This document shows positions 1 through 10,815 of a stretch of 64,000 nucleotides of DNA, one piece after another. The notes beneath the pieces were generated by a model, which worked only from the letters and a program-made list of their open reading frames with translations, made no database searches and had not been told where the DNA came from. This stretch comes from a virus. Where the stretch lies: positions 34,269-98,268 of IMG/VR virus record IMGVR_UViG_3300025121_000030. One strand, 5' to 3'. The position numbers and the translations under genes were made by a program. Within the stretch, counting starts at the first letter, position 1. Each line of letters opens with the position of its first letter.

Positions 1-1
1 T

Positions 2-166
2 AGTTGGGACACGCAACAATTCATTCCTTTTAGTACGTCTTATACTCAAAGCGGAAGCAATCCTAGTAATTTAGGTGGTAGGGAGAAAAAACCTGATGAC
101 CAGCTAAATGACGGAGGAGCCACTACTAGGGACTACGACTCAAACGATGGAAAAGTTATAAGCTAA
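2..166 (+). CDS. 3' end of probable portal protein (partial)
   Basis: Frame 2 reads SWDTQQFIPFSTSYTQSGSNPSNLGGREKK...DYDSNDGKVIS*. The PxxxSYTQS..G.R tail resembles SPbeta-like portals, and it lies upstream of the protease/capsid genes. Confidence 0.65.
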   Translation, partial: SWDTQQFIPFSTSYTQSGSNPSNLGGREKKPDDQLNDGGATTRDYDSNDGKVIS

Positions 167-187
167 TTAAATTAAATATAAATATTA

Positions 188-216
188 TTGACAAAGTTAT
201 AAAATAATAGTATAAT
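188..216 (+). promoter_or_regulatory. SigA-type promoter
   Basis: TTGACA (188-193), 17 bp spacer, TATAAT (211-216). Confidence 0.85.
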
Positions 217-222
217 AATATT

Positions 223-324
223 GGGATAGATAAGGAAGTCATGAGCCTTATTGATAAGAGAATATCCGAGTTCTTTTCCCTTATTTAAAATTCTCGGAAA
301 ATAAAAATAATTGCTGTCGGAGGT
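223..324 (+). ncRNA. Structured leader RNA, copy 1
   Basis: P1 ggga/tccc; P2 ataagg/ccttat; P3 gagaat/gttctt. Loop tccga(g) is complementary to ctcgga (293-298) and to tcgga (317-321), which overlaps the RBS. Confidence 0.65.
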
Positions 325-332
325 AATAATTA

Positions 333-1991
333 ATGTTGCTAACAAAAGAAGTAGAAATTGGCTTAAGTGGAAGACATATTAAATGGTATAAAAATAAAGG
401 ATATATAATACCAAGGGAAAAAGATAATCAAGGAAGGTTGTCAGTTCCACAGAATACAAAAATATTAGTTAAAGTAGAGGATTTATTAGATAGTTATAAG
501 GTGCAAGTTGATATTGGATGTGATGAGTGTGGAGAATATTTAAAAACAATAGCATTGAATGATTATCGAAAATATATTAAAGACGATGAACAACATTATT
601 GTATAAATTGTTTTAATTCATTATATATTAATGGAATTAAAGCACAAGAAGTTAAGCAAATAATTAATAATAACTTAGGAGATACTTGGAAATTACTTAA
701 TGTTAAAATAATAAATACTCAAATTAATGTAGATTTAATTAATTCGGATGGATATATGTATAGTAAAATTAAAATTTCCAGCATAAAAAAAGGTTATATA
801 CCACAAGGGTTTTATAAATCTAATATATACATATATCAAAATATTAATAATTGGTGTAAAATAAATAATTATAATATTAGATTGAGTGATGAGTACATTG
901 GCTATGATGTAAAACTTAAATGGGAATGTTTAGACTGTAATCATATATTTGAAAGAAGTATGAATGCTATTACACGTGGGCAAGTGGGATGTTCTATTTG
1001 TGGAGATAATATTTCATACCCCAATAAGTTTGGACGTAATTTATTAAACCAATTAAATAATACATACAAATTAAAATATATAAAATTCGAATATTCACCG
1101 GATTGGATTAAACCTAAGAGATATGATAGTTATTTTGAATTTAATAATAAAAAATATATAATTGAAATGGATAGAGCATTGGGACATGGTAATAAAAAAA
1201 CATTAGATGGAACCACCCCTGAAGAATCTCAAGCTATAGATGATTATAAAGATAAAAAAGCAAAAGAACATAATATTAAGATGATTAGAATTGATTGTGT
1301 AAAATCAGATATGAAATATATTAGAGATAATATTTTAGTTAGTGGATTAGCACAGATATTTGATTTATCTAATATTGATTGGTTAAAATGTCATGAGTTT
1401 GCTTGTAACAATTTAGTAAAAGAAACATCTAAATTATGGAATGCTGGAATTAAAAATTCATCAGAAATTAGTGTTATTCTGAACTTAGGAAAGAGAACAG
1501 TTATAAGATATCTTAATGAATGTAGTAAATTGGGGTGGTGTGATTATGATGCCAATGAAATACAAAAAGCAAGTGGGGTAAGATTAGGAAAATCAGGGGC
1601 GAAACCAGTTGTTCAATTGTCGTTAAGTGGTGAATATGTTCAAGAATATAGTAGCATGGTTGAAGCTGAAAAACAAACAGGAATTATTATTATGAGTATT
1701 TCATCTTGTTGCAGAGGTAAATTAAAATCTGCTGGTGGATATCAATGGATGTTTCTTTCAGATTATAATAAAAGCGAAATAAAACAATATAAAAAATCTC
1801 CATATGTTAAAAAAGTTGTTCAACTATCACTAAATAAAGAATATATTTCGGAGTTTGATAGTATTATTGAAGCAGAAAGACAATTAAAAATAAATCATTC
1901 AAATATTTCTTCTTGTTGTCTTGGTAAATATAATCATGCAGGTGGTTTTAAATGGATGTACAAATCAGATTATGAAAAATTAGTTGGATAG
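333..1991 (+). CDS. Free-standing homing endonuclease-like protein (Zn ribbons, PD-(D/E)XK-like nuclease, two NUMOD1-like C-terminal repeats)
   Basis: CxxC pairs; RYDSYF..IIEMD nuclease-like motif; repeated VVQLSL..EAE..ISSCC.GK..AGG..W units; paralog of 36842..38305. Confidence 0.8.
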   Translation: MLLTKEVEIGLSGRHIKWYKNKGYIIPREKDNQGRLSVPQNTKILVKVEDLLDSYKVQVDIGCDECGEYLKTIALNDYRKYIKDDEQHYCINCFNSLYINGIKAQEVKQIINNNLGDTWKLLNVKIINTQINVDLINSDGYMYSKIKISSIKKGYIPQGFYKSNIYIYQNINNWCKINNYNIRLSDEYIGYDVKLKWECLDCNHIFERSMNAITRGQVGCSICGDNISYPNKFGRNLLNQLNNTYKLKYIKFEYSPDWIKPKRYDSYFEFNNKKYIIEMDRALGHGNKKTLDGTTPEESQAIDDYKDKKAKEHNIKMIRIDCVKSDMKYIRDNILVSGLAQIFDLSNIDWLKCHEFACNNLVKETSKLWNAGIKNSSEISVILNLGKRTVIRYLNECSKLGWCDYDANEIQKASGVRLGKSGAKPVVQLSLSGEYVQEYSSMVEAEKQTGIIIMSISSCCRGKLKSAGGYQWMFLSDYNKSEIKQYKKSPYVKKVVQLSLNKEYISEFDSIIEAERQLKINHSNISSCCLGKYNHAGGFKWMYKSDYEKLVG

Positions 1992-2021
1992 AATAAAAAT
2001 ACAATAATATAAAAGTAAGTT

Positions 2022-2048
2022 AAAGACTATATGTTTATAGTCTTTTTT
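2022..2048 (+). terminator. Rho-independent terminator
   Basis: aaagactata-tgtt-tatagtcttt followed by a T-run. Confidence 0.7.
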
Positions 2049-2087
2049 ATTTGTAATAAATAACAACAAAAAGTGAGTTGATAATAT

Positions 2088-2282
2088 ATGTACATAAAAA
2101 ATGCAGAACAAATATTTTCTAAAGATGAACTTTATTATTGTTATGATATTAAAATTAAAAATTTCTTATGTAATGTAAAAAATATTCAATATATAAAAAA
2201 AAGTAAAGGAGAAGGTAAATTTTATTGGATATTTTTGATGAGTGATGAATTAGAAATTTATTTAAAGGAATGGAATAGTTAG
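2088..2282 (+). CDS. Small hypothetical protein (DUF5659-like)
   Basis: 64 aa; YCYD..FL...YWIF...L..W pattern common in large Bacillota phages. Confidence 0.55.
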   Translation: MYIKNAEQIFSKDELYYCYDIKIKNFLCNVKNIQYIKKSKGEGKFYWIFLMSDELEIYLKEWNS

Positions 2283-2379
2283 AAAAAATAATTTTAAAGA
2301 AGTTAAAACTAAATTAACTTCTTTTTTTATTGATAATTTTAATTTCGATTTAACCAATTTAAAGGAGGTGAGTTAATTT

Positions 2380-4341
2380 GTGAGTGAAATAGTAAAATTT
2401 AATTGTGATAAATTTACTATAATAAGAGATGATCCTAGATTTTTGGTTTGTAAATTTTTCTTTGGACTTATCGGTTCTAACTATAATGGTAGTGTAATCG
2501 AAAAGGAAGATTATGAAAATAATAAAAATTTTATAGGATACACGCCGATTTGTGGTAAATTTAAAAATGGAGATTTTAAAGAACATGAAATTGATGAATA
2601 TCCGTTAGGTAGTATATTAAGTTTAGAAGATTGTGAATATGGGTATGAAATATATGAAAATCTTGAGTATGCCACAGCATTAGGCGTGATCCAAAAAGAA
2701 TACCTCACAAAGGAATCCGAGAATATTCTCAAAAGTGGCACAAAAAAAATAAGTATAGAAATTGAAGTTCTTAAAAAAGAAAAACTATCTAGTGGTAAGT
2801 TTAGGTTTAAGGAGTGGATTTATCAGTGTATAACTATTCTAGGAGATAAACTAGAAATAGCAACTGGTATGAAAAACGCACATCTTGAAGTTTTAAATAA
2901 ACCAAGAGAAGCATATGCAAGTTTTTGTAAAAGTACAATAGAAACTTTTGCAAAACAAGACACAGACAATAAATTTCAGTTAGGTGATTCCGTAATACCA
3001 ACAGAATTACACATGCCAGAACACGAAGGTAAAACAGGAATAATTTCAGAAGTAAAAAATGGCTATTATTATGCAATTAAATTTATTGGCGATGAAGAAC
3101 AGCATGAGTGGTATGCAGAAGATGAATTAAAAATTTTTAAGAATGAAGAATTTTCAGTTGGAATTGAATTAGGTAAATCTAATTCAATTGAAATAAAAAA
3201 TGATAAAGATAATTCTGTTGTTGGTGATTGGGAAGATCCTGGAGCGAAGATGTTAAATAGTCTACTTAAAGCAAGCAATCATGCTTCGCTTATAAAAGAA
3301 GCATATTTAATTATTGATGAAAATGTAGATAATGATTTATCTGTTAATAATGTCCATTATCCACATCATATTATAAATGATGGTAATTTAGTGGTACATT
3401 ATAGGGGAATTCAATCTGCATTAAGCAGAGCAAGAGCACAAGGTATAACTGGTAGTCCTATATCACATTTAAAAAAACATTATAAACAATTGGGTCTTAA
3501 TATGGATAACTTTGAAAAATTTAATTTAACTAAAGAAGATTATAGTTATCTATTTGAAGATATAAATAATTTTAAAGAAAGTGAGGTAGATAAGGTGGTA
3601 TTTAATAAGGAAGAGTTTGCAAAAAATTTTAATGCAGTAGCAAATGAAATGTGGGGTAATATAGTCAATGCTAGTGAAATAAAAGCAGAAGATTTAAAGG
3701 CATTTGCAAAAGAAATTCTTACTGAAGAATTTAATAGTTTTGCTAAAATAAAAGTAGATGAAAAAAATGTGGAATTTATTCAAGAAAAAGAAACTTTACA
3801 ATCTACTTTTGAATCTGAAAAAGAAACTATTAAAGCAGAATTTATTACTAAATCAGAAGAATTTACTACACAATTAGCGGAATTCACCACTCAATTAGAA
3901 GAAAAACAAAATTCTATTGTTTCTTTAGGTCAAGAACTAGATGGTTTAAAAGAACAATATTCTGCCAAAGAAACAGAAATTGAAACTTTTAAATCTGAAG
4001 TTGAGACTTATAAAACAGAGAATGAGATTCTTAAAACTGATATTGTTAATTTTGCTAAAGAAAAGAAAGAAACTCAAGCAGAAATTATTCTTTCTAAATT
4101 CGCAAAGAAAATTAATGAAGATGAAAGAAAAGATTTATTTGGTAAACTTGAAAAATTTAATACTGTTGAAGAATTTGAGAAAGAAGTTAAAGCTTTTGTT
4201 TGTGATAAATATGAAGCTGAAACTAAAGGAAAGAAAGATTTTGCAAGTTATTCTCGTATGGGAATTGTTGTAACAAATGAAACTAAGCCTGAAGGTGAAC
4301 ATTGGACTGATTATGTAAAAGATTATCAAGAAAAAAATTAA
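2380..4341 (+). CDS. Prohead protease/scaffold protein (SPbeta YonD-like) with inserted domains
   Basis: RBS aaggaggtg; N-terminal NYNGS..TPICG..ISIEIEV..CITILG protease-like region; long acidic coiled-coil C-terminus; position before the capsid genes. Confidence 0.75.
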   Translation: MSEIVKFNCDKFTIIRDDPRFLVCKFFFGLIGSNYNGSVIEKEDYENNKNFIGYTPICGKFKNGDFKEHEIDEYPLGSILSLEDCEYGYEIYENLEYATALGVIQKEYLTKESENILKSGTKKISIEIEVLKKEKLSSGKFRFKEWIYQCITILGDKLEIATGMKNAHLEVLNKPREAYASFCKSTIETFAKQDTDNKFQLGDSVIPTELHMPEHEGKTGIISEVKNGYYYAIKFIGDEEQHEWYAEDELKIFKNEEFSVGIELGKSNSIEIKNDKDNSVVGDWEDPGAKMLNSLLKASNHASLIKEAYLIIDENVDNDLSVNNVHYPHHIINDGNLVVHYRGIQSALSRARAQGITGSPISHLKKHYKQLGLNMDNFEKFNLTKEDYSYLFEDINNFKESEVDKVVFNKEEFAKNFNAVANEMWGNIVNASEIKAEDLKAFAKEILTEEFNSFAKIKVDEKNVEFIQEKETLQSTFESEKETIKAEFITKSEEFTTQLAEFTTQLEEKQNSIVSLGQELDGLKEQYSAKETEIETFKSEVETYKTENEILKTDIVNFAKEKKETQAEIILSKFAKKINEDERKDLFGKLEKFNTVEEFEKEVKAFVCDKYEAETKGKKDFASYSRMGIVVTNETKPEGEHWTDYVKDYQEKN

Positions 4342-4367
4342 ATTAATATTTAAAGGAGGAATTTTTA

Positions 4368-4883
4368 GTGAGCAATATATGTGAATTTATGAATGAGGCA
4401 ATTTTTGATGCTGATGTATTAAGTGTACAACATGCTTCAACAGCACTCGATGATGGTTATGTAGGTGAATTAACTGGTTTAGTATCTGGAGAAAGAGATT
4501 TATATGCAATTGCTACTGCTACTGCTGTAACTACTAATGAAGTAGTAATGGTTGTTGGTGCAGAAGTCCATATTGATGCATTTGGGTTTAGAACTCCGGT
4601 ACATAATAAGGCAACTTTTACTTATATCGCAGGGATGCCAGTCCGTGCTTATAGAATGAGAGTTGGTATGAGATTTAAAATTAATACTTCTGCTATTAGT
4701 GGCACTCCTGTTGTTGGACAGTATGTAATTCCTGCTAATGGAACTTTTACACTTGCTTCTGCTGCTACTTTAGCTGGCGGAACAAGATTGGCATTTGTAG
4801 TTGAAGAAACTGGTTCTACTTGTAATATTTTTACTGGAAAGACTGCTATTCCAGCTACAATTATTCGCGTAATTAAAGACTAA
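4368..4883 (+). CDS. Capsid decoration/cement protein (YonC-like)
   Basis: 171 aa, Ala/Thr/Gly-rich, between scaffold and major capsid; RBS aaggagg. Confidence 0.65.
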   Translation: MSNICEFMNEAIFDADVLSVQHASTALDDGYVGELTGLVSGERDLYAIATATAVTTNEVVMVVGAEVHIDAFGFRTPVHNKATFTYIAGMPVRAYRMRVGMRFKINTSAISGTPVVGQYVIPANGTFTLASAATLAGGTRLAFVVEETGSTCNIFTGKTAIPATIIRVIKD

Positions 4884-4918
4884 ATAAAAATATAAAAAGG
4901 AAAGGATGAAAAATAATA

Positions 4919-6028
4919 ATGAATATACTTACTAAGTTTTCTAAGAAACAAATTGCTACGGTTGATTTAGGTGTAGAATTATACAAACATTATCTTTATG
5001 AAAGAGAAAATAATTTAGGACAATATAGTAGATTTGCTACTTTTGCTAATACTACTGATAATAGTGGTCATGTAATTTCTTTTAAAGATAAAAATAATAT
5101 TTTTAGTAATATGCTTGCTGATGAGGCTTATGAGATTTCTGGTTTGGATAAAGAACGTTTTGGAATTAGAGATGCTTTTGCTTTTCAAACTTTTGAAAGA
5201 GCATATTTTTCTGTAGTAGAAGCAGTTATTAATAAAATTAACGCAAAAACAGAAATTGAATCAGCTTTAAATTTTGCAGAGGTAAAATCTATTGCGGATG
5301 GAGATAGTTTAACTTTCCACATTCCGTCAAACCATTTATTGTCTGTATCTACTGTTGCTAATGGTGTGAGAAGTGTACATTTCCAAAACCTCTGGGAAGA
5401 AGATATTACTTTAAATCCTAAAAGAAAGAAAATTGGCGTAAAGATTGATACATATCGTCTTGCAACAGGAATGTATGATTGGGGTTGGTTGTTGAATCAG
5501 GTAGTTAAATCTTTTAGAACTAAGTTGCAACAAGAAGTAATTAATATTATTTATGGTGCATATTCCACTCTTGCAACTAATTTTAAAGAAACTACTTATG
5601 CTCAAGATTCATATATTCGTTTAGCAGAAAGAGTTGCTGCTGCTAATGGTGGTATAACTGCAACTTCTGTAGGTACAAAAACTGCTCTAAATAAGATTTT
5701 ACCTACTAATGACTATATGAAAATGCCTATAGGCAGAGAATATGTAGACGTTGGTTATATTCAAGCTCCATTCGGAATTCCTACTTTGAAATTAGAGCAA
5801 TCCATTAACCCAAACAGTGCTTATGATTTTGCTTTAGATAATAATTATGTGATACTTATGTCTATTGCTACTGATAAATTGGTAAAAATTGGTACTGAGG
5901 GACGTTCTACTATAAGGGCATCAAAAGAATACGAAACTAGTGACGGCACGAATTCTTATACTATTACAGATAGTTGGGATCTCAAGATTATTTCGATGGC
6001 ATATTTTGGGATAGTAAAAGTGAGCTAG
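4919..6028 (+). CDS. Major capsid protein
   Basis: 369 aa; FAEVKSIADGD motif; synteny with SPbeta yonB; followed by a terminator. Confidence 0.8.
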   Translation: MNILTKFSKKQIATVDLGVELYKHYLYERENNLGQYSRFATFANTTDNSGHVISFKDKNNIFSNMLADEAYEISGLDKERFGIRDAFAFQTFERAYFSVVEAVINKINAKTEIESALNFAEVKSIADGDSLTFHIPSNHLLSVSTVANGVRSVHFQNLWEEDITLNPKRKKIGVKIDTYRLATGMYDWGWLLNQVVKSFRTKLQQEVINIIYGAYSTLATNFKETTYAQDSYIRLAERVAAANGGITATSVGTKTALNKILPTNDYMKMPIGREYVDVGYIQAPFGIPTLKLEQSINPNSAYDFALDNNYVILMSIATDKLVKIGTEGRSTIRASKEYETSDGTNSYTITDSWDLKIISMAYFGIVKVS

Positions 6029-6096
6029 TAATTTATAATTTTATTTTAGAATAATAATATAATTCTTTATAGGTATTGAAAATTTAATAAATATAA

Positions 6097-6129
6097 TAAA
6101 AGAGATATATTTATATATCTCTTTTATTT
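6097..6129 (+). terminator. Terminator after major capsid gene
   Basis: aaaagagatata...tatatctctttt plus T-run. Confidence 0.65.
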
Positions 6130-6204
6130 ATTATTTAAGAAAATAATATATATAATTAACTAATCATTAATAAATCAATATATCGGAGGCATTAAAAACA
6201 ATTT

Positions 6205-6954
6205 ATGGCAAAATCAAAAAGTGAAAATAAATTAGATTCTAATTTAGATAATATAATTAATGAAGAAACTAATCAAATTAATTCTAATTCAATTGATATT
6301 TCAGAAGAATTAAAGAAAGAATTAGAATTAACAAATCAAAAAAATAAAGATCTTGAAGATAAAATTAATAATATTACTATTATGATGGAAAAACTATTAG
6401 AATCACAAAATAAAATAAATGAAAATAAATCTGATATAGAAACAATAAAATCTGAAACAAATAAAGGATTTAAATCTTATGTGACGATAGATCCTACAAA
6501 GAGAGTATTGTTAATGCAAATGGAACATGCAGGAGGTAGTTTTTTTACTCATAACAATAAACTTATTAGATTTAATAACTATGGACATATAAATCCTGTG
6601 CGTTTTGAAGATGTTGAAAGTTTAGTATCTAGATATCGCGATCATTTTGAAAATCTTGAAATTAGAATATTAAACGATGATGATGTAATTGATACTTTAT
6701 ATCTTAGAGAAAATTATAAAAAATATGATATTTCAAAAGAAGAAATTGATAATATTATAGAATTAGATACAAATAAATTAATAGAAAAAATAAAGTCATT
6801 GTCAAAACCACTGCAAGAATCAGTGTTAGCATTAATCATTTCAAATGTAGCTAAAAACAATCCAAAATATTTAGATAAAAATAAATGGGAAGTTTTAAAT
6901 AATGTTTTTAATATTAATATTCAAGAATTTTCAAATAAATATGTGATTAATTAA
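6205..6954 (+). CDS. Conserved head-associated protein (YonA-like)
   Basis: N-terminal coiled coil; F..YG....V.FED motif; synteny. Confidence 0.55.
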   Translation: MAKSKSENKLDSNLDNIINEETNQINSNSIDISEELKKELELTNQKNKDLEDKINNITIMMEKLLESQNKINENKSDIETIKSETNKGFKSYVTIDPTKRVLLMQMEHAGGSFFTHNNKLIRFNNYGHINPVRFEDVESLVSRYRDHFENLEIRILNDDDVIDTLYLRENYKKYDISKEEIDNIIELDTNKLIEKIKSLSKPLQESVLALIISNVAKNNPKYLDKNKWEVLNNVFNINIQEFSNKYVIN

Positions 6955-6970
6955 GAAAGGAGAAATATAT

Positions 6971-7450
6971 TTGGCTACCTCCTTTGAATTACCATTTGAA
7001 CAATTTCTGTTGATTATAGATGATCCTAAATTTATCAATAATTATACAGAAGATAATTTAGCAATTGAATTGTCTAAGTATATATATAGGTCAATAGGTA
7101 TATGTAGAAATTATTTAATTCCAAGAGTTGATATAAATAATTATACAAAAACAAGTTCTGATGGAATAACAATAGGTAATTTTACTGATGATTTAAATGA
7201 TCAAGAAATTACTTATATTGCAAGAGGAATGACTGTGCCATATCTTGAATTTCAGTTACAAAAGCAAAAACATTTAAATCAGTTAGTATATGGTAGGGAT
7301 TATCAAGTACATAGTCAAGCAAATCATATGAAAGAGGTTAGAGAAACTATAAAAAATGTTAGAGAAGAATTAATTCAAGATATGGTTATGAATTCATATC
7401 AACAAGATAGTGATGAATTAAAGGGTTCTAGTGGTGCAAATTCGTTGTGA
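6971..7450 (+). CDS. Head-tail adaptor protein
   Basis: MATSF..F.DDLND.E..I..M...DY..HSQANHM pattern of SPbeta-like adaptors; synteny. Confidence 0.65.
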   Translation: MATSFELPFEQFLLIIDDPKFINNYTEDNLAIELSKYIYRSIGICRNYLIPRVDINNYTKTSSDGITIGNFTDDLNDQEITYIARGMTVPYLEFQLQKQKHLNQLVYGRDYQVHSQANHMKEVRETIKNVREELIQDMVMNSYQQDSDELKGSSGANSL

Positions 7451-7540
7451 TAATGTTTATGATTTAATTAATTATAAACATGATTATTATGATTATTGTA
7501 GTTTTGACATTATATAATAGTTAAGAAGGAGTGGATAGTT

Positions 7541-8776
7541 TTGAGTTTTTCTGATATTGTAAATAGTTATAAGTCAAGATTATCTATTGATGGATTAACT
7601 ATTAGGGATGAATATATTAATTCTATTACAGATAGTTTTACTGATAGTTTTGATTACAATGTAAGTTATAAAGAAGTTTCTTATAAAAAAAGGAATGAAT
7701 TAAATTATACTACTGGTGTAAAGATACATGTATTTCAGGCTAAGAAAGATACTGAGAAAATTGCGCTTGATGATGTGAAACGAGTAGTTTTTAAGGATTT
7801 AGATTTTGTGTGTGAATCTGGTGATTTATTACAATTTGATAGTAATACGTGGTTAGTAACGTCAACAAATAATATAGATCATATAAAAAGTTGTGTAGTG
7901 CAACAATGTAATAATAATTTAAAGTTTGTTAAAAATCATATTTCATATACAATTCCATGTGTAATTTCAACAGTTGGAAACAGTATGGGGCTAGGTATTG
8001 ATGAAATGAAATATGTTTCCGATATTGATGATTTTATTATAGTAAGAGTTGTTAACAATGTGGATTCTCAATTAATTTCAATTAATGATATATTTAAACT
8101 TGGGAACAAATGGAATTGGAGAGTAGAAAATATATCTGATGTAATTGATAATGGTATATTAGTACTTAAACTCAAGTGGGTTGCTGAGAGTGCTGAAAGT
8201 GCTAACTATGTATTGACAATCACCAATGGAAATTCGCTACAAATTGGCAGAACGCAACCATTAACTATTAATGCAGAATTAAAAGATAATGATATAGTTG
8301 TGTCTAGTCCACAACTTACATATTCCAGTTCAAATACAAGTGTGGCTACAATCAACAGCACTACTGGAGTTGTAACAATTTTAACTGCTGATAGTGTTAT
8401 ATTTACTGTCGCTTTAACTTCTGATAATAGTATAAAGGATACTATAAATGTTGAAATAATAGAAAGTACACAAACAAATTATACTTATGAACTTGTGGCA
8501 AATATGCTTCCGAGCAATGAGGTTAAGTACAATCAGACTAAGGTATTTACAGCATCTCGTTACAAAAATGGAGTTTTAGAAACAAGAGTTAACTTTACAT
8601 TTGAGGTCATTCCAGATACGACACCAACAAATAAATATGAATTTCTAACACTCACAGGGAATACAACATCTTTGAAAGCACTTGGATATAGCTATTTCGT
8701 GGATTTAAAAGCTACTGATGTGGAATTTCCAACGAATAGTGTGCAGGTTAATGTTAAGTTGAGGTCAGTATTGTAA
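7541..8776 (+). CDS. Head closure protein with C-terminal Ig-like domains
   Basis: GDLL..WLV..CNNNLKF core; YSSSNTSVATINSTTGVVT Big_2-like motif. Confidence 0.65.
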   Translation: MSFSDIVNSYKSRLSIDGLTIRDEYINSITDSFTDSFDYNVSYKEVSYKKRNELNYTTGVKIHVFQAKKDTEKIALDDVKRVVFKDLDFVCESGDLLQFDSNTWLVTSTNNIDHIKSCVVQQCNNNLKFVKNHISYTIPCVISTVGNSMGLGIDEMKYVSDIDDFIIVRVVNNVDSQLISINDIFKLGNKWNWRVENISDVIDNGILVLKLKWVAESAESANYVLTITNGNSLQIGRTQPLTINAELKDNDIVVSSPQLTYSSSNTSVATINSTTGVVTILTADSVIFTVALTSDNSIKDTINVEIIESTQTNYTYELVANMLPSNEVKYNQTKVFTASRYKNGVLETRVNFTFEVIPDTTPTNKYEFLTLTGNTTSLKALGYSYFVDLKATDVEFPTNSVQVNVKLRSVL

Positions 8777-8785
8777 GGAGAATGT

Positions 8786-8944
8786 ATGAAAATATTTAAT
8801 ATTGAACAGGCAGACGTTTTTATTAAACATGGTGCAATTCCTATAAGTTGTGGTTTAGGAAATAAATGCAAAACTTATATTGAGTTTGAAGAAAATCAAA
8901 TATTTAAAGAATTATTAAAAAAGTGGTTAAATAGAGAAATTTAA
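8786..8944 (+). CDS. Small hypothetical protein, 52 aa (not in ORF track)
   Basis: RBS aaggag; MKIFNIEQADVFIKHGAIPISCGLGNKCKTYIEFEENQIFKELLKKWLNREI*. Confidence 0.6.
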   Translation: MKIFNIEQADVFIKHGAIPISCGLGNKCKTYIEFEENQIFKELLKKWLNREI

Positions 8945-8988
8945 TTACTTATTTTTATATTTCAAAGATTAAAGGAGGATTAATATTT

Positions 8989-10311
8989 ATGGGATTGATA
9001 AATGAAACAGTGTTAGTTAAGATGAATGGGGTAAATACAAAACATTATGAAAATTTAGGATATATAATTCCGAAGAAAAAACATTCTCAACGAAAAAATA
9101 TTTTAGTATATGATACTACAAACCCCATATTGGTAAAAATTGAAGATTTATTAGATAATAGTCATGCTTTAGTAAATATTGAATGTGATGATTGTGGGAG
9201 AAAAATAGAAAATGTTATATGGCAAGCATATAAAAGATATGTTGGAGAAAATGGTGTATATTATTGTCAAAAATGTGCCAATAAATTATTTAGAAGACCA
9301 ACATATAAAAAAACTAAATTAAAAAACAGCAAATCTTTTGAGCAATGGTGTATTGAAAATAATAAACAGGATATTCTTTTACGTTGGGATTATGAATTAA
9401 ATGATTGCAAGCACAGTGAAATTACATATGGGGTGGATAAAAAATATTATTTTAAATGCCCAATGGGAATACATAAAAGCGAATTAAAACAAATTAATTG
9501 TTTAACAAGTGGACAAGAAGGAAGTATGGATTGTAAACTATGTAATTCCTTTGCTCAATGGGGAATTGATAATTTAGGCGTTGATTTCTTCGAGAAGTAT
9601 TGGGATTGTGAGAAAAATACAATTAATCCTTGGGATATAAGTAAATGTAATAATACAAGAAAAGTTTGGATAAGATGTCAAGAAAAAAAATATCATAATA
9701 ATTATGATATAAGTTGTTATCGATTTATTATGGGTGACAGATGTTCTTATTGTAGTAAACGTGGAGGCAAGGTACATTCATTAGATAGCTTAGGTACATT
9801 ATTTCCAAAATCTTTAGAATTATGGTCTGATAAAAATAAAAAATCGCCATATGAGTATGCACCTAAAAGTGATAAAGAAGTATATTGGAAATGTCCTAAT
9901 GGAAAACATGATGATTATATTAGAGATATTTGTAATTCTAATAAATGTGATTTTAGATGCCCAGAGTGTGCATATTCCAAAGGTGAAGAAAGAATTAGTA
10001 ATTATTTTATAAATAAAAATATAAACTATATTCCACAAAAAGAATTTGATGGTTTAGTTGGATTAAACAATGGTTTATTATCTTATGATTTTTATTTACC
10101 AGAATATGGTCTTATAGAATATCAAGGCGAACAACATGAGAGATATATAAAAGGTTTCCATAAGTCAAAAAAGGATTTTGAAAAACAATTAGAGCATGAT
10201 AGAAGAAAAAGACAATATTGTGTTGATAACAATATAAAATTATTAGAAATTTGGTATTATGACTTTGACAACATCGAATCTATTCTTCAAAGAGAATTAA
10301 ATTTACAATAA
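8989..10311 (+). CDS. Homing endonuclease-like protein (repeated Zn-ribbon modules, C-terminal PD-(D/E)XK/Vsr-like nuclease)
   Basis: WDYELN/VYWKC..H/CPEC repeats; SKGE..I, LSYDFYLP..LIEYQGEQH, LLEIWY motifs. Confidence 0.8.
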   Translation: MGLINETVLVKMNGVNTKHYENLGYIIPKKKHSQRKNILVYDTTNPILVKIEDLLDNSHALVNIECDDCGRKIENVIWQAYKRYVGENGVYYCQKCANKLFRRPTYKKTKLKNSKSFEQWCIENNKQDILLRWDYELNDCKHSEITYGVDKKYYFKCPMGIHKSELKQINCLTSGQEGSMDCKLCNSFAQWGIDNLGVDFFEKYWDCEKNTINPWDISKCNNTRKVWIRCQEKKYHNNYDISCYRFIMGDRCSYCSKRGGKVHSLDSLGTLFPKSLELWSDKNKKSPYEYAPKSDKEVYWKCPNGKHDDYIRDICNSNKCDFRCPECAYSKGEERISNYFINKNINYIPQKEFDGLVGLNNGLLSYDFYLPEYGLIEYQGEQHERYIKGFHKSKKDFEKQLEHDRRKRQYCVDNNIKLLEIWYYDFDNIESILQRELNLQ

Positions 10312-10326
10312 AAGGAGGCGATTAAT

Positions 10327-10815
10327 ATTGCCAATAGATTTGAAGACCTTAGCATCAACAAAATAAAATTAATGGAAGCAATTTATAACAATGATAATAT
10401 AACTAAAGCTTTATTATATCGAAAAGATACGTCTAGTTTTCTTGATAGAGTTATACCACCAGAATTTGATCGTACATCACTCCTTTATTCTCAGATATGG
10501 CCTTGGAAATATATTCCTCAGATAACCGATGAAGCAAATATACATATCACCAGTAATTTTGTTTTCAAACCTCATGATAATATGTATAAAGTTTCAAACT
10601 TTTATTTATATGTTATTTCTCACAAATCGCTAATGAGTTGTGATCAAGGACTTGTAAATGACTTCATCATATCGGAAATGGATAAGATTTTTAACCAAAC
10701 CCGTTTGGTGGGTATAGGACGAGTTCAGTTTGAGGGCATGTATGAATTTACTACAGATAATTCATCAACTTTTTTGGGGAGTTGCATTGAATTTAAAACT
10801 TACGAGTTCAATTAG
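10327..10815 (+). CDS. Tail completion/terminator-like protein (probable ATT start at 10327)
   Basis: RBS aaggaggcg at 10312-10320 then in-frame ATT; synteny with SPbeta yomW. Confidence 0.55.
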   Translation: MANRFEDLSINKIKLMEAIYNNDNITKALLYRKDTSSFLDRVIPPEFDRTSLLYSQIWPWKYIPQITDEANIHITSNFVFKPHDNMYKVSNFYLYVISHKSLMSCDQGLVNDFIISEMDKIFNQTRLVGIGRVQFEGMYEFTTDNSSTFLGSCIEFKTYEFN

